Assembly (NCBI GenBank): GCA_964016885.1
Contig: OZ024740.1
Coordinates: 267,220,001-267,284,000, forward strand
Source: Eledone cirrhosa
Taxonomy: Eukaryota
Length of the DNA stretch: 64,000 bases
Direction: 5' to 3'
Part shown: one piece after another, positions 13,641 to 27,249 of the stretch
Position numbering within the stretch: the first letter of the stretch is position 1
Layout of the letters: the number at the start of each line of letters is the position of its first letter
Program-made: the position numbers and the translations under genes
Notes under the pieces: generated by a model
What the model was told of the DNA's origin: nothing
The model's input: only the letters and a program-made list of their open reading frames with translations
Databases searched by the model: none

Positions 13641-14859
13641 CTGCATTCAGAGCAAAAATCGCACTGTTTATCAGCTAGCATAGACTTTACCGGGGAGGTT
13701 CAACAAGGAGATCCCTCTGTAATTTGAACAATTTCTCTTGCATCCCTTTTTGAAAATTGGGATTATCACTCCCAATTGCCATTTTTTAGGTGCCCTTCCA
13801 GAGACCCAGGCCACCCGGCAAACACGAGGCAGCCAAAGAATACCTTCTCTATTTAAGGCTTTTAACATCTCAGCTGGATTTCATCTTCCTCAGCGACTTT
13901 GCTATATCTGAGCTCTTTAACTGCTTTTATGACCTCAGCCACTGAGAGATTCGTCACCACTCCCAGATGTACCTCATGTACATCCGAAGATGCTGTTGCG
14001 ATCGGGTTTAGGAGATCAGCAACGTATTCTCTCCACTTTGCGAGGATACATGTCTCTGAAGAGAGGAGAACCCCAGATGTGTTCTTGATAGCAATGTGGA
14101 GGAGGGTTTCTTATTACAAAGTCAGTGCATGGTCTGCCAGAACTCTATATTAGTTGATCTGAAGTTGGATTCCAGCTTAACCCCAAAGTCCTCACATGTC
14201 TTAATTTGGACGCTTTTACTGTCTCTGCTGACATTTTTCGTACTTGCTTGTACAACAAATGAAAGAAGGCGCACTTATATCTAAGCCAAGCTTTGTATGC
14301 CTCCTTTGCTCAAATTGCATCTTTGACTAGTTAATTGAACCAAGGAATCTTCTGCCATCCGGCGCCACACCAAGCCTTTCTCTCTCATAGCATTTAACAG
14401 CTGAACAATCTTCACTCCATCTGAATGTCCTCAGTTTTCTCAAGGAGTTATCTGTTTTGGGATATAATAGTATAAACATTCCTGGTCTTGACTTCCTTAT
14501 GCACCAATGCTTCCCACTTTATCCTGTAGGTCACCCTGGACCTGCCAGCCTTGTGGGCTTCTTTGGCTTCAGGTAGTCTCAAGCTGAAGATAACTAGATG
14601 GTGATCAGTTGACAGCTCAGACCTCTCTTAACATGAACATCCAGCACAGAATCAAAGAGATCAGAAACAATTACAAAATCAATTATTGATCTCTGTCCCC
14701 GATTTTCCTTATATCATGTATATTTATGGATGTCTCTGTGCTGGAAGAAGATGTATATATATATAATAGTGCTTTGTGACTGCCTCAAACAATTCGATTG
14801 GTTTCTACTATAATACATCTACAACTTCGATTTATACCCATTATTATTATTATTATGAG

Positions 14860-15082
14860 TGCAGTGGATTGGTAGTATCTGTTGTAGAGGGAGGACGCCA
14901 TGCTTTGCAGCATAGAGTTACGGATCTTTATGATCCCTTTATGAGTTCAAATCCCACCGAGATTAACTTTGCCTTTCCTCCTTATGGGGTCGATAAAATA
15001 AAGTATCGGTCATGCACTGGGGTCGATTTAATCAACTTTCCTCTCCCTCAAATAACTGGCATTGTGCCTATATAAGAAATTA
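14860..15082 (+). mobile_element. SINE family A, long form
   Basis: Same head and core as 12856-13033 plus an extra gggtcgatttaatcaactttcctctccc segment. Confidence 0.8.
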
Positions 15083-15192
15083 TTATAATTGATTATATAA
15101 TTGATTATATAATTGATTATTTAAATGATTGTTTATAAAGTTAGTTGAGAGCTTCTTTGAGGCTCTATATATACATACATATAAAAATATAT

Positions 15193-15575
15193 AGAGGGTG
15201 TCTGGGCTAGATTTGACAGTTTGTTTTTAAGGGAAAGTGGCATAAAGATTAAAACAATCATAAGAGAAAATTCACTGAAAGAAGCCACCCTCAGCATCCA
15301 CCACATCCTCAATCCAGTTCCAGAATCTGGAACATGCAGCCTTCACAGTTCCCCTAAGGAGAGCCTCAAATGCCTCCTTAATCCTCTTGATCAGCTGGGT
15401 CTTTCTCTTATAGGCAATGTCTTTCTTGACTGTGCTTTGCAACATAATAATCCAAAGGATTGCAATCAGGGGTTTTAGGGAGTCAAACGTTGGGGCTGGT
15501 GAAGTAAAAATTCTCTGACAACCACTTCTGGGTCTTCCCAGAAGTGTAGCAGGGAGCTGAATTTTGTTGCCATAA
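15193..15575 (-). mobile_element. 3' fragment of a second Tc1/mariner (DD37D-like) element
   Basis: Peptides [22 protein letters not shown] and TVKAACSRF..DAEGGFFQ* align by eye with the transposase at 57935-58984. TIR-like tagagggtgtc at the left end. Confidence 0.75.
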
Positions 15576-15620
15576 ATACATACACACATACATACATACA
15601 TACATACATACATACATACA

Positions 15621-15656
<36 letters not shown>

Positions 15657-15797
15657 TATACACATATATATACATACATATATATACATATATATACATA
15701 TATATATATATTAGAAATGTAAGCTATCGCCGTATTTTGAGTAAAGAAATTAAAGAAATTATTTAGCCTGATAGTGGGGTTAAGAACCCTCGGAGAA

Positions 15798-15883
15798 ATG
15801 GAAAAAGATGAGTATTGACGTACATGGGACGTACATTGATGTAGGTTCGACTCCCATGTACGTCAATACTCATCTTTTTCCAT
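15798..15883. repeat. 32-bp perfect inverted repeat with a 22-nt spacer, abutting (TA)n
   Basis: atggaaaaagatgagtattgacgtacatggga / tcccatgtacgtcaatactcatctttttccat. Confidence 0.9.
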
Positions 15884-15918
15884 ATATATATATATATATA
15901 TATACATACATATATATA

Positions 15919-15994
<76 letters not shown>

Positions 15995-17184
15995 AGTGTG
16001 TATGATAGTAGTAGCAGTTATAGTAGTAGTAATGTTGGTGCTGGTGGTGTTAGTAGTAAAAATAAGTTATTCTAGAATTTCTCTAATCTATAGGAGCGAC
16101 TACTACTGCTGCTGCTGCTGAACAGTATTAGAGATAAAAAGAAGCTTTGTAAACTGACACTGCCCTCCACTGCCAGAAGTTCCCTACCTGACTATCGACT
16201 CATCCCTACCCTACTCTACAAGTTAGTTTTATGCTACAGTTGGTTACCCAAGGCTAGATGTAACCTATTATAGCAATCACCTACCTACCTAAATGTTACA
16301 CTTTCTCAAAGTTTTCGGTTAATGTTTCAAATTCACCCCCTCTCTCTTTCTCTCACTCTCTCTGCACTGCTCTTGTTCCATGAAGCTTCTTTTCTCATTA
16401 TGTAAAGAGAAAGCTTGTCTATCAGTGTATCATGTTTTTGCAAGATTTAGAACAAACAATGCTTGTACCTTTTTGTGAGATCTACCAAATATTGTGCACT
16501 GAAATTTGCAGTATGTATCTTGTATTTAGAGAGCTGCTGTTAACTGAACTGATACCCAATAAAGTATTGGACTGTCAACCGAGAAAGCAGCCAACCATAG
16601 TTCATAACCAAGTCACGGCTGCTGTGTTGCATTCATAAGCAAGGCACTGACACTTGCTAGCTCAGTTTACTAAGCTCTAAATGATGCCATCTGTTGTTGT
16701 TTAACATCATATAAACCATGATTGAGCAGACTTATTCCAACTGTGACCATCTGGTTTGAGGGAAATTTGGCTGCTTTTTCTAATAAGCTTATCAATAACA
16801 ATGTCACAAACATCAGCAGTACTCTATAGCAGATGGGCAGTGACTTTTATAGTGCTGCTACTGTTACATGGAGTGATTAATTAAACAACACAGTGGTGTC
16901 TAATAGAGACAGGGTTCTGTTTGGCCATGTAAATATAACAGTACTGTTTAACAAGGTACAGTGCTCATGACTATTTTCAGGGGTCTCCAAGACTGGTAGA
17001 AAAGAGTGAAGAAGGTATCCATAAACTGGAAACCTGGCCCAAATACTTAGAACTGGGCTGACTCTATGAAAGGCATCCAAGGGACATGTGGTAGTGGATG
17101 ACTATTCAAGTCTGCCCTCCACATAGGCCATGGCTGAATTGGAACTCATAACATTATGTTAGAACAAAATTGTCTAAAACCTAT

Positions 17185-17805
17185 TTTAAGCCTGGAGGCT
17201 CAATGCTGGTGCTTATCCTTACTTCTGTGGTTTTAAGTGACTGGAAGTACAAACCTTTCTCTTGGATAGGACACCAGTCTATCAGAGGTTAAAGTCTCTC
17301 TCAAATCTGAAGGCTCATCAAGGCCAGTGTTTAACCCAGTTTCTGTGGCATTAAGTGACTTGGAGTATAAGACTTCCACCTGGACAGGACAACCAGTCAA
17401 TCGCGGTATTCAACCCCCAGCTACTGTAGGTACTCATTTACGTTAGAATGTCAGATAAAATTTCTTGTGGTATCTATTCCAACTGCTTGCATTTTGAGCT
17501 TATATACCATAAAAATTTAAATTCTGTCTCAAACCCAGAGACTCATCAGGCCAGTGCTTATCTCGGTTTCCATGGGGTGGAATGACTGAGAGTACAAGAC
17601 TCTTCCCTGGACAGGATGTCAGTCCAGAATTAAACCCCAGCTACTACTGGCACTCATTTACTCATTTTCAGCTGAGTATATTAGAGCAATGTGAAATGAA
17701 TTGTTTTGCTCAAGAACACAACACACAACCCAGTCCAGGAATTGAACCCTTGACATTATGATTGTAAGTCCAACACATTTACCACTAGGCCACACACTTC
17801 CACAG
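17185..17805 (-). mobile_element. Older CORE-like SINE with three tandem-like copies of its tail region
   Basis: Head at about 17660-17803 resembles family B. The tail module (ggctcatca.ggccagtgctta...ggacagga) recurs near 17195, 17310 and 17540. Relatives at 30745-30935 and 56987-57230. Confidence 0.6.
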
Positions 17806-18110
17806 AACAATATTGCAAGGCATCTTATGCAACACACTTACAATTCTGCCAATCTACCATCTTAGATGATGTTTAGTTTGTTTTATCAAACTCAGATCTT
17901 AACATTATATTTGATCTCAGAACACAAAAAACTGGAACAAACATCACCTTTTGTCCATCAATTTAACATTGATTCACAATGCTATGATGGGTGTTCCTAA
18001 AGATGGGTGCACACAGGTATGCTGACATTTTTCTGAGGTAAACTTCTGAACAAAAGGGGTTTCAGAAACCTTGTATTAAGAATAACATTTCTTATCTTTT
18101 GTTTTTTTAA

Positions 18111-18319
18111 CCCTTTAGCATTTAAACCGGCCATATCTGGCTAGAATTCTCTCACCTCTTTCTCTTCAAATCAGCTGTAGCCAGTTGCTCATACTGATGT
18201 TAAAGGTATTGTTCTCAAAATGAATAATATCAAAATCTCATAGATTGGATATTATGTGAGATAAAGCCTTTACCATGAAGATACAATAGTAAATATAGAA
18301 TAATGTAAATGCTAAAGGG
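18111..18319. mobile_element. piggyBac-type MITE (other copies 18995-19213, 23054-23260, 53716-53933)
   Basis: TTAA on both sides, TIR ccctttagcatt / aatgctaaaggg, conserved internal sequence of about 210 bp in four copies. Confidence 0.85.
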
Positions 18320-18423
18320 TTAAAAAGATTTTTGTTTTTAATGTTGCTGCTTAGCCCAAGAAGAGCCTTGGTTGAGCAGATTTGTAATGAAAATGTATTA
18401 CAGTATTTTAATCTATATAACAA

Positions 18424-21385
18424 TAATTGTTTCTACTTTTGGCACAAGACCAGCAATTATCCCAGTGTATTACTGGTACTGTATTTTATCGACCCCGTAA
18501 GAATGAAAGGCAAAGTTAACCTTGGCGGGATTTGAACCCAGATCATAAAGGGCCGTAACTCTTTGCTGCAAAGCATGGTGTCCGACCCTCTACTGCCCTA
18601 ATCCATCTATATAACAATAATAATGGTTTTTAATTTAGGGATAAGGCCAGCAATTTTTTGTTTTTTTGAGTGGGGGATTTGATGAAATTGACCCTAGTAT
18701 GTTACTGGTACTTTATTTTAATGAACCTGTAAGGATGAAAGGCAAAGCTAATCTCGGGGGGGGGGGGGGTATTTGAACTCAGAATAATAAGGGATGTAAC
18801 TATATACCACAAAGTATGTTGTCTGATGCTCAACTGATACTGCCAACAACAATAATAATAATTGTTTTTTTATTTAAGCACAAGGCCAGCAATTTGGGGG
18901 TGGGGGTGGGGGTGGGGAGAAAGTCAATGAAATTAACTTCAGTGTTTGACTGGTGCTCTTTTAAGCACCCAAGAAGGATGAAAGGATAAGTTAACCCTTT
19001 AGCATTCAAACCAGCCATATCCGGCTAGAATTCTCTCACCTCTTCTGTTCAAACCGGTCATGACTGGCCACTCATACCAACGTTAAAGTATTGTTCCTAA
19101 ATAAATAATATCAAAATCTCTTAAATTTGATATTATATGAGATAATTATGTAAGATAAAACCTTTACTACAAAAATACAATAGTATATATAGAATAATTC
19201 AAATGTTTAAGGGTTAACCATGGTGGGATTTCAACTCAGAACAGGGCATCTTGCTCAATGTTTTAATGTTTCTGCCAATCTACCTCCATAACAACAGCAA
19301 TAACAACAAGAATGATAATAATTTCTAATACAAAGCTTCAAATTTGAAAGAAGGGAACATTGTAATAGGTTAACCCTTCTACTTAACTGGCAGTATATTT
19401 TATTGATTCCAGAAGGATGAATGGCAAAGATGACCTATGTGGAATTTGAACTAAGAACATAATTGTTTCTACTTTAGGCACAAGGCCAGCAATTACCCAG
19501 TACATTACTGGTACTTTATTTTATCGACCCCATGAGAATGAAAGGCAAAGTTAACCTCGGCGGGATTTGAACTCAGACTGTAAAGGGATGTAACTATGCT
19601 AGAAAGCATGGTGTCCGACCCTCTACCATATACTGCCAATTCACCACATAATGAAGTTAAACAAATATTACAAAAAATTCTTTCTGATGCTTTAATATTC
19701 TGCCAATCCAGTATTCTAACAACAATAATAATAACAATGGTTTCTGATTTAGGCACAAGGCCAACAGTTCTGGAGGAGGGGAAAGTCAATTAAATTGACC
19801 CCAGTGTGTGACTGGTAATAATAACAATGGTTTCTGATTTAGGCACAAGGCCAACAGTTTTGGAGGAGGGGAAAGTCAATTAAATTGACCCCAGTAACTG
19901 GTACTTTATTTTATCAGCCCCCATAAAGATGAAGGGCAAAGCTAACCTCTCCAGGATTTGAACTCAGAATGTAAAGGGATATGACTGTTTGCTGCAAAGC
20001 CTGTTATCCAATGCTCAACTGATACTGCCAATAGTTTCTGATATAAGCACAAGGCCAAGAAGGAGAGAGGGGTAAGTTGATTAAATCAATTTTGAGAGCA
20101 TTACTGGTACTTTATTTTATCAATCTTGTAAGGATGAAAGACAAAGTTAACCTTGGCGTTATTTAAACTCAGAATAAAAATGGCCATAACTCTATGCCAC
20201 ATAGCATGTTGTCCAATGCTCTACTGATACTGACAATCCACCACCCTTCAAACAACAACAACAATAATAATTGTTTCTACTTTAGGCACAAGGCCAGCAA
20301 TTACCCAGTGCATTACTGGTACTTTATTTTATCGACCCCCATAAGGATGAAAGGCAAAGTCAACCTCGGCGGGATTTGAACTCAGATCGTAAAGGGACGT
20401 AACTATGCTGGAAAGCATGGCGTCCGACCCTCTACCGATACTGCCAATCCACTAGAAAGCATGGCAAAAAATAATTATGAAAAACCATACATATCCTTGT
20501 TGACACATTATATTTTGCTAGGAAGAAAACCCACACGGGAAATCACGTTTTCTTACTTTCATCAATTCACATTTCAAGCTCTTAGATGTTATTATGGATT
20601 ATATTTTAGGACAAACCAATACTCTTTAAAGGTCATCTAGTAGATGCCAATCAAAGGATACTGACATTTATTAGAGTCTATCCTCTTAGTTAGATAGATG
20701 TTTATGTAGCATGTTAAACAACAGTTATCAACATAATAGGCAGTTACTTTAATTTTCATGTGTCTATTTAAAATAGGAGTTTACAAAACAGAAATTCTAT
20801 CATGAGTAAACATAATGTGGTTTCGGTTTCAGAAAGGGTTATGAAACAGTATTATTATTGAAAGACGGTGGATTGGCAGTAGCGGTAGAGAGTCAGACAC
20901 CCTGCTTTGCAGCATAGAGTTACTGCCCTTTATGGTTTGAGTTCAAATCCCGCTGAGGTTAACTTTGCCTTTTATCCTTACGGGGCCAATAAAATAAAGT
21001 ACCAGTAATGCACTGGGATAATTGCTAGCCTTGTGCCAAAAGTAGAAACAATTATCATTGAAGGTAATGCAAACTTGATTCTATAGAAATGGTGAAGGAA
21101 GATAAAAACAATTTTACCTTGATATTAAAGTAATCTTGATGATGATTTTGACAATTATAATAATGATGATGTTGGCGATGATAATGGTTTCTAATTTAAG
21201 TACAAGGCTAATCATTTGTGGGGCGGGAAAGACAATTACATCAGCCTCAGTGTATGATTGGCACTTTATTTTATCGTCCCCAGAAGGATGAAAGGCAAAG
21301 TTGACCTCGGCGAGATTTGAACTCAGAACATAAAGGGCCATGTTTTGCAGCATTTGCTGCAAAACATTTTGACCGACTCTTTAAT
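18424..21385. mobile_element. Dense cluster of about ten SINE-A copies, nearly all on the minus strand, with one plus-strand copy at about 20862-21054
   Basis: Repeated aattgtttctact..ggcacaaggccagcaa..tactggtactttattttatcgaccc..gatgaaaggcaaagttaacc..gatttgaactcaga. Confidence 0.9.
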
Positions 21386-21446
21386 GATTCTACCATTCCA
21401 GTACCTTGATGATAGCAATGATAATGATAAACAAGTAAAGTCTTAC

Positions 21447-22510
21447 CTTGACATCACCAAGAATAACAGCCATATCGCCTTGCTTACGACGTTCATCAAT
21501 CTCTTGTAAGTGACGGAGTTCTTCTCTTCTTTGAGATGACAACTTATAAGCTTCTTCTCTCGGCATCGGTTTTATCAAAGACCGTGTCTTGATAATATTA
21601 ATGTCGGGAAGACTACCAAGATTACAAACTTTAGTTAAATTCCTTTGGCTTTCAATGGTGTAAGATTTAATTGGCACCCCACTGTCAGCGTGATTTTGTC
21701 TGTTGGTCTCTGTTTTGATTCTTTTCCTTATACCATTTTCAATGACAATTGTCTCTGGGTTCTTTGTTGCCAAGTTTTCACTGCTGACTGCTGCCTGATT
21801 TTCTTTTAAATGCTGTTTCTCAGTCTCGGCTTCTTCATCTCGCTTAATTATGCAGGGCAGCGTACGACGCCTCTGCAATGGACGGTGTTTGCTATCCTCT
21901 TCCATTGTTTCCGACACTCCTGAATCTGGTGAGGTATCACTTGCAGGACCACAATTCCGCTGCTGCTGCTGTTGCTGTTGTTGTTGCTGCTTTAGTTGTT
22001 GATGATGATGACGTTGCTGCTGCTGATGAGGACTGGCCGTATTCAGAAGGTCTCTACCCAGGCTGTTATCGTCTTTGACAGCTGAACAATACTGATCAAA
22101 ATGGTCGTTCAGAATTGTAGAGTTGAACAATTCACTGAATCCTCTTCCTCTTCTTGAGCCTGCAAGAAAACTATACCTTCGAATTTTCAAAGATGGGCTA
22201 CGAGAAGGTTGAGTGGTTGATATTGAAGTTTTTTCAGTGTTTCGTGTGGCAGATAACTGGTTGTGTGGATAGGCATCATTTATATAGTTCATACCATCTG
22301 GCATACCAGGGTTGTAGCTGCCTGGAAGTGTAGAATCAAGGCCAGAGGTTAATCCAATGTGGGAAGACTCCATTAAGTCATCTGGTGACTGATGCCCCCT
22401 TATAGGTTTTGATCTTTGATGTGCAGAATGGTTATTTGGAAGAATCTTCATATGGCAATATTCATTATCTTCTGGGTTTTCTTGTAATTTCTTATTCAAA
22501 ATATCAGTTC
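21447..22510 (-). CDS. Large internal exon (1064 nt) of the same gene; Ser/Gln-rich, poly-Q tract, charged helical end
   Basis: Covers the only long complex ORF in the window (21390..22499). Acceptor ttttctcctcttag|GA at 22510 (phase 1) and donor AAG|gtaaga at 21447 (phase 0). Confidence 0.9.
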
Positions 22511-24813
22511 CTAAGAGGAGAAAAATTTGTAAAAAAAAAAATTAATATCTTCAAAGAAATTTGTCATCAGTTTAAAACAAACAGGTGAATAATATTTTTT
22601 CAAAGGATTTGAGACACCAAATATAAACACCAAATTGAGACATAAAAGAGAAAATGTCAGGAATGCAACTCAAACCACATATTCACCACTTGCTGTTAAT
22701 TCCAATCCAATCCAAGCCAGGGCTCTCTCACTCCAGTTGAAGGAACCCATCCCTGGTTGACCTCTACCACTTTTGATTTTGGTAATGTCAAGGATGTAAC
22801 TGTACACTTGACCAATTGTGGGTTGGTGAGGCTATTTAACCCATAATTGGGGTGGATATCAGTTGACTCTGAGGAGTTCATCCATCCTTTTAACAGCTGT
22901 TGTTTTTTGTACTGCTGCAATTCCACTTACTCTCCTCACCAGACGAGGGTCTGGTAGAGGAGCTGATTTTGTCGCTGACCACTTGACCATTAAACAGGTT
23001 GACTGGGTTACATGGTACCAGTAGCAGGCTCTTAATGATTAATAGTTTCTTAACCCTTTAACATTCACATTACTCTATATATACTATTGTATTTTCACAG
23101 TAAACATTTTATCTCACATAATATTGAATCTACGAGATTTTGATTTTATTTATTTTGAGAATAATACCTTAACATCAGTATGAGTGGCCAGTTACTGCTA
23201 TTTAAACAGAAATAGGTGAGAGAATTCTGGCCGGACTCGGCCGGTTTAAACGCTAAAGAGTTAAATAGGTAAAAAACCTCAAATTAAAAAAAGAGTTATC
23301 ACAGAAAGTTATTTTCCTAAATTCAAGCCCTCATCAAGAATATTAACAATGTATGCAGTGTTGTCACAACATAGAATTATATATAATTTTACACTATTTT
23401 GATAACACCAAAAATAGATTAGTGAAATGAAGAAGAGTAACACTCATAATCATGGTTCACTTTTCAGGCAGTGGATTTTGCCTATGGAACAACAGCATAG
23501 TGGCATATGAGCCATTAAGATGTTTTAAGTTTTTAGTGTAAGGGATGCAGTGGATGGCATCAGTTACCTATTTAGCTGTTTTAGAGAGATTCTAATAGAA
23601 TCAATGCATAGGACTTTCATTTTGAAGAAACTCGATGAGATTTAAGAGAGATTTGGCTGTCATTTTACGAGTCAAGCAGACACTAAGAGATTCAGTAGAT
23701 GACTCAAATTCTTGTCTTAACTTCATTTCCTTTCTTGTCTCAGTTGCATTGTGGTTTAAGGAAGGGATACCAGTGTTTACCTGGGGTATGAAGTATGAAG
23801 ATTTTATTATCAGTTGACTCTTCTTTTCCTTATTTAATTATATTTTAATCTGTAGAGACAGCAGGAACACACACATACACAAAATATGAGTTTTATGGTA
23901 CTTGTAACTATATCATTATAATCATCTGATATATATATATAAATATGTTTGGAAATACATCTTTATATGTGTGTTTGTGTATGAAAGAAGCATAAAGAAG
24001 AACGCACATACCACACAAATGAATACATACATATATGTATATATGCATGCATGTTTAAGCATATATTTGTGTTTGTTTCAATACATATATACATTTATAT
24101 TTTTATATACATCAGTATTTGTGTATGTACACATCAGATGCATGCGTGCATACATTGCTTCATTAATCTAAACATCCATAGTTACCTTCATAAATTAATA
24201 TTTGAATTGTATTTATACCTGCTGTTTCCAATTTAGGATTAATTAATCAACTTTTAAGTTAAGGTAACTGCTTTCAATAGAACTTTGACATCACAATACC
24301 TTTTAGCAACAAGCTTTTTCTTTAATGAAATTTTACATCTAGGCTTACTTTTTTTTTTTATATTTAACAACTTTGTTGTAGCAAAATATTAGGATTGCAT
24401 TTAAATTAATTTATGAAACAAATATTTTTTGACTAATGTCTCTTTATTCTCATCTTATTTATGTTTCTTTACCATTTTGTTTTTTTTGTAAAAGACAAAA
24501 TATTTTATTCAGATACAATAGTGTTAACATGAATTATGAACTTAACAAACACACACAGAGTTACAAATATTTGCATACACATATCTAACAAACACACACA
24601 TATCTAACTAACACAAACACACTCTCTCAGATATTTGTTTGAAGCTGATGATTCACTCTGTTGCTACTCATTCAGGCAATAATGAGATTCATCTTTTTGT
24701 CACACGAATGAACACACAAAAGAGAGAAACTTGGAGTAGCAATGGAGTAAATCAATAGTTCAGATTGAATAAATGAACTCAAATATATATATTGAGGAGG
24801 CTTCTACCATTTG

Positions 24814-25014
24814 TGTGAGGGTTAGATAAAACGTTCATTGGCTGACTATGAAGGAGTGATGCTAGTGCAGTGAAATCTTGCATGTATTAATTTCAACTCT
24901 TCTTATTAATAACTAAAGTGTTTTTTCCAGGGACTGTGTTGAAAAATAAACCTCATTTGGTCATACTATGAGAGCATCTTAGTCAGCCAATGAACTTTTC
25001 AGCCGACCTTTGTA
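24814..25014. mobile_element. Mariner-type MITE of about 195 bp (other copies 25525-25719, 33705-33894, 48409-48610)
   Basis: TIRs of about 33 bp (gagggtcagctgaaaagttcataggctgac consensus) with TA at the ends. Four similar copies. Confidence 0.85.
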
Positions 25015-27124
25015 CACCAAAATCAGTGTGTGTGTGTGCATGTGCATGTGTGTCTGTGTGCATGCATATACACGAGTATGTGCATAGATGCAGGCATGCT
25101 CAGATGGTTAAGAAATTTGCTTTGCAGCCATGAGTTTATGAGTTTTGTCTCATTATGTGGCATCTTGTGCAAGTATCTTGTAAATAAAATTAGGCAGGTA
25201 GAAACTGTTTGAACTGTTTATTGGATGGACTGTACCTACAATTTTAGCAGCAAGCATTCATGAATATCTTTCTGAAAAGCCATTTGAATGAAAGCATACT
25301 TAAATGAAAGTTTGAAAACAGTAAGCAAAATTTCTACATGGAAAATTCTTTAAGTAACTAAATTATGTAGTTAAAGAATAATTCTGTAGATGGTTCAAAT
25401 CACTAAAGAATATCTTGTTCTTTATTTTCATTATTAACAAGAATTCTTCACAATTTCTGTCATTCACACTTGTAGATCTTCCAAAATAAACAGAGTTCAA
25501 AGGTAACATCAAATCCAACACCTACATGAGAGTCAGCTGAAAAGTTCATAGGCTGACTATAAAGAATTGATGTTAGAGCTGTGAAATATTGCATGCATTA
25601 ATTTCAACTCTCTTTATTAATAACTGCATTGTTTCTTTCCAGGTTGAAAAACAAACCTCATTTGGTCATTCCATGAAAGTATTTTGGTCAGCCTATGAAC
25701 TTTTCATCTGACCCTTGTATATAATAATTACATATTAACATTTCTAGAGGAAAGAGCTCCTTCAATTTCTTATGAAACTTAATCATAATATTTTTCACTA
25801 AATAAAAACTAATAATGTTATCTGTGAGGACATTTTGAAATATGTTTACATACAAATATATTTCAAAGTCAGAAAATAAATGTGAATATTGTTCACATTT
25901 ATTGTCATGGCATAAGACAACACAGAGGAATGTTTTCATCATTACTAGTCAACAAACTAAAACTTAAAGTAGCTGCAGTCATTGTCATTTTCATCATAAT
26001 CATCATCATCATCGTTACTATCTTCCAAGATTGCATGGGTTATCACGTATGAGACCTGATAGGTCAGATGATAATGTCTCACTCCCACGTTCCATTCTAG
26101 TATGGTTTCTATGGTTGGATGCTTTTTCTATCATATTTACTATTGTTACTGATGAATTGTTCTTGCCAAAAGAAATTTGATTGTGGGTCTGAATTTTGGG
26201 TAATAAATTAAGGACCAGACCACATCCTTGCTCACTGCTATTGGAGTGGAGTTGGCTGCCTGCAAGTGTGAGTCCTGTGAGGTGGAATGGCTGTTCCAGC
26301 ACATCTCTCTCACTATCCTCCAGGGCAATGTCTTCTCCATCCTGTTAGCTGGGACCATGAGGCAGCCAACATAATAGGGTGGGAGTAGGTTGGTACCAAC
26401 AATCATTGTCATTTTTGATTATTTAAAATATTACCAATGATGTTTATAATTTAAATTAAATCTTAAAGCTTGACAACACTAAAATGAAAGCAACATCTCT
26501 GACTTATCTACAATTCAAGGATAAAGGGAATAGTTTACAGTAAATGACATGCCTGTTTTGATAAAACAGCACATTTCAGTGAATTGGCAAAGTTTTTAGA
26601 AAATGAAACAAAATGCTTAACTTTCAAATCTTGATAGGGACGCCCCCTGTGAGATGGAGAAATTCTGTTCTGAGACAACTCTATCACTTGAGGTGAATAT
26701 TAACATTTGTTGGCATACTAAATGACTTTGATATAAAGTTTATTTATCACTGCATCCAATTAATTGTATTATTGAGAAGAAAGAAGAATACTGCGTGGTT
26801 GCACATGGGTTACATATGATAAAAATAGTCTTTCGTCAGTGATTTTCCAACCATCATTGGTATTTCATCACATTAAAAATCAGATACCTCAGGTTGGTGT
26901 GAGCAATAACTAAAAAAAGTTATTGGGACCAATAATTCGCGTAAAGTAAGGGTAACAAGTAAACAACATAGAAATATATATAGCAAAGGTAAAACTATAT
27001 ATACACAATGCTTGAATGAAAGCAGAGAATTATAGTACATAATTGCCATGTCTTTTCAGAATTACTTCAATGTGTTTATATATTATATAGGTTTGATCTC
27101 ACTTCTTTTGAAACTTTCTATTGC

Positions 27125-27249
27125 TCCTCTGAAGAGAGGGAATGTACAATTATACCTATATATCAATGCCTGTATATAGATATGGATTATGCAAAATGTT
27201 TCAACATTGCAAATAATTGGATGTACAACTCCCTTGAAATACGTAAGGA
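27125..27249 (+). ncRNA. Hammerhead motif with a 100-nt branched stem II
   Basis: tcct CTGAAGA gaggga-a-tgtaca ... tgtaca-ac-tccctt GAAA tac GTA agga, then AATAAA at 27250. Stem I tcct/agga, self-complementary TACGTA at stem III. Confidence 0.7.

Larger units (their letters stand above)
12050..14752 (-). mobile_element. Decayed RTE-clade LINE (endonuclease end plus RT), interrupted by two SINEs
   Basis: Frameshifted peptides IIPIFKKG..NYRGISLL, CFVDLVKTCDRV, VCQGCLLSSLLFIIYM, QVERFNYL and SQLRYYGHV. Confidence 0.85.

Noticed and set aside
21390-21446. Hydrophobic C-terminus VRLYLFIIIIAIIKVLEW of the 369-aa ORF
   Set aside because: It lies past a strong donor and derives from (ATC)n-like sequence at a SINE edge. 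It could matter only if the intron is retained.
23780-23849. Possible extra minus-strand exon (ctacag acceptor, CAG|gtaaac donor)
   Set aside because: It has stops in all three frames, and the neighbouring exons already join in phase without it.
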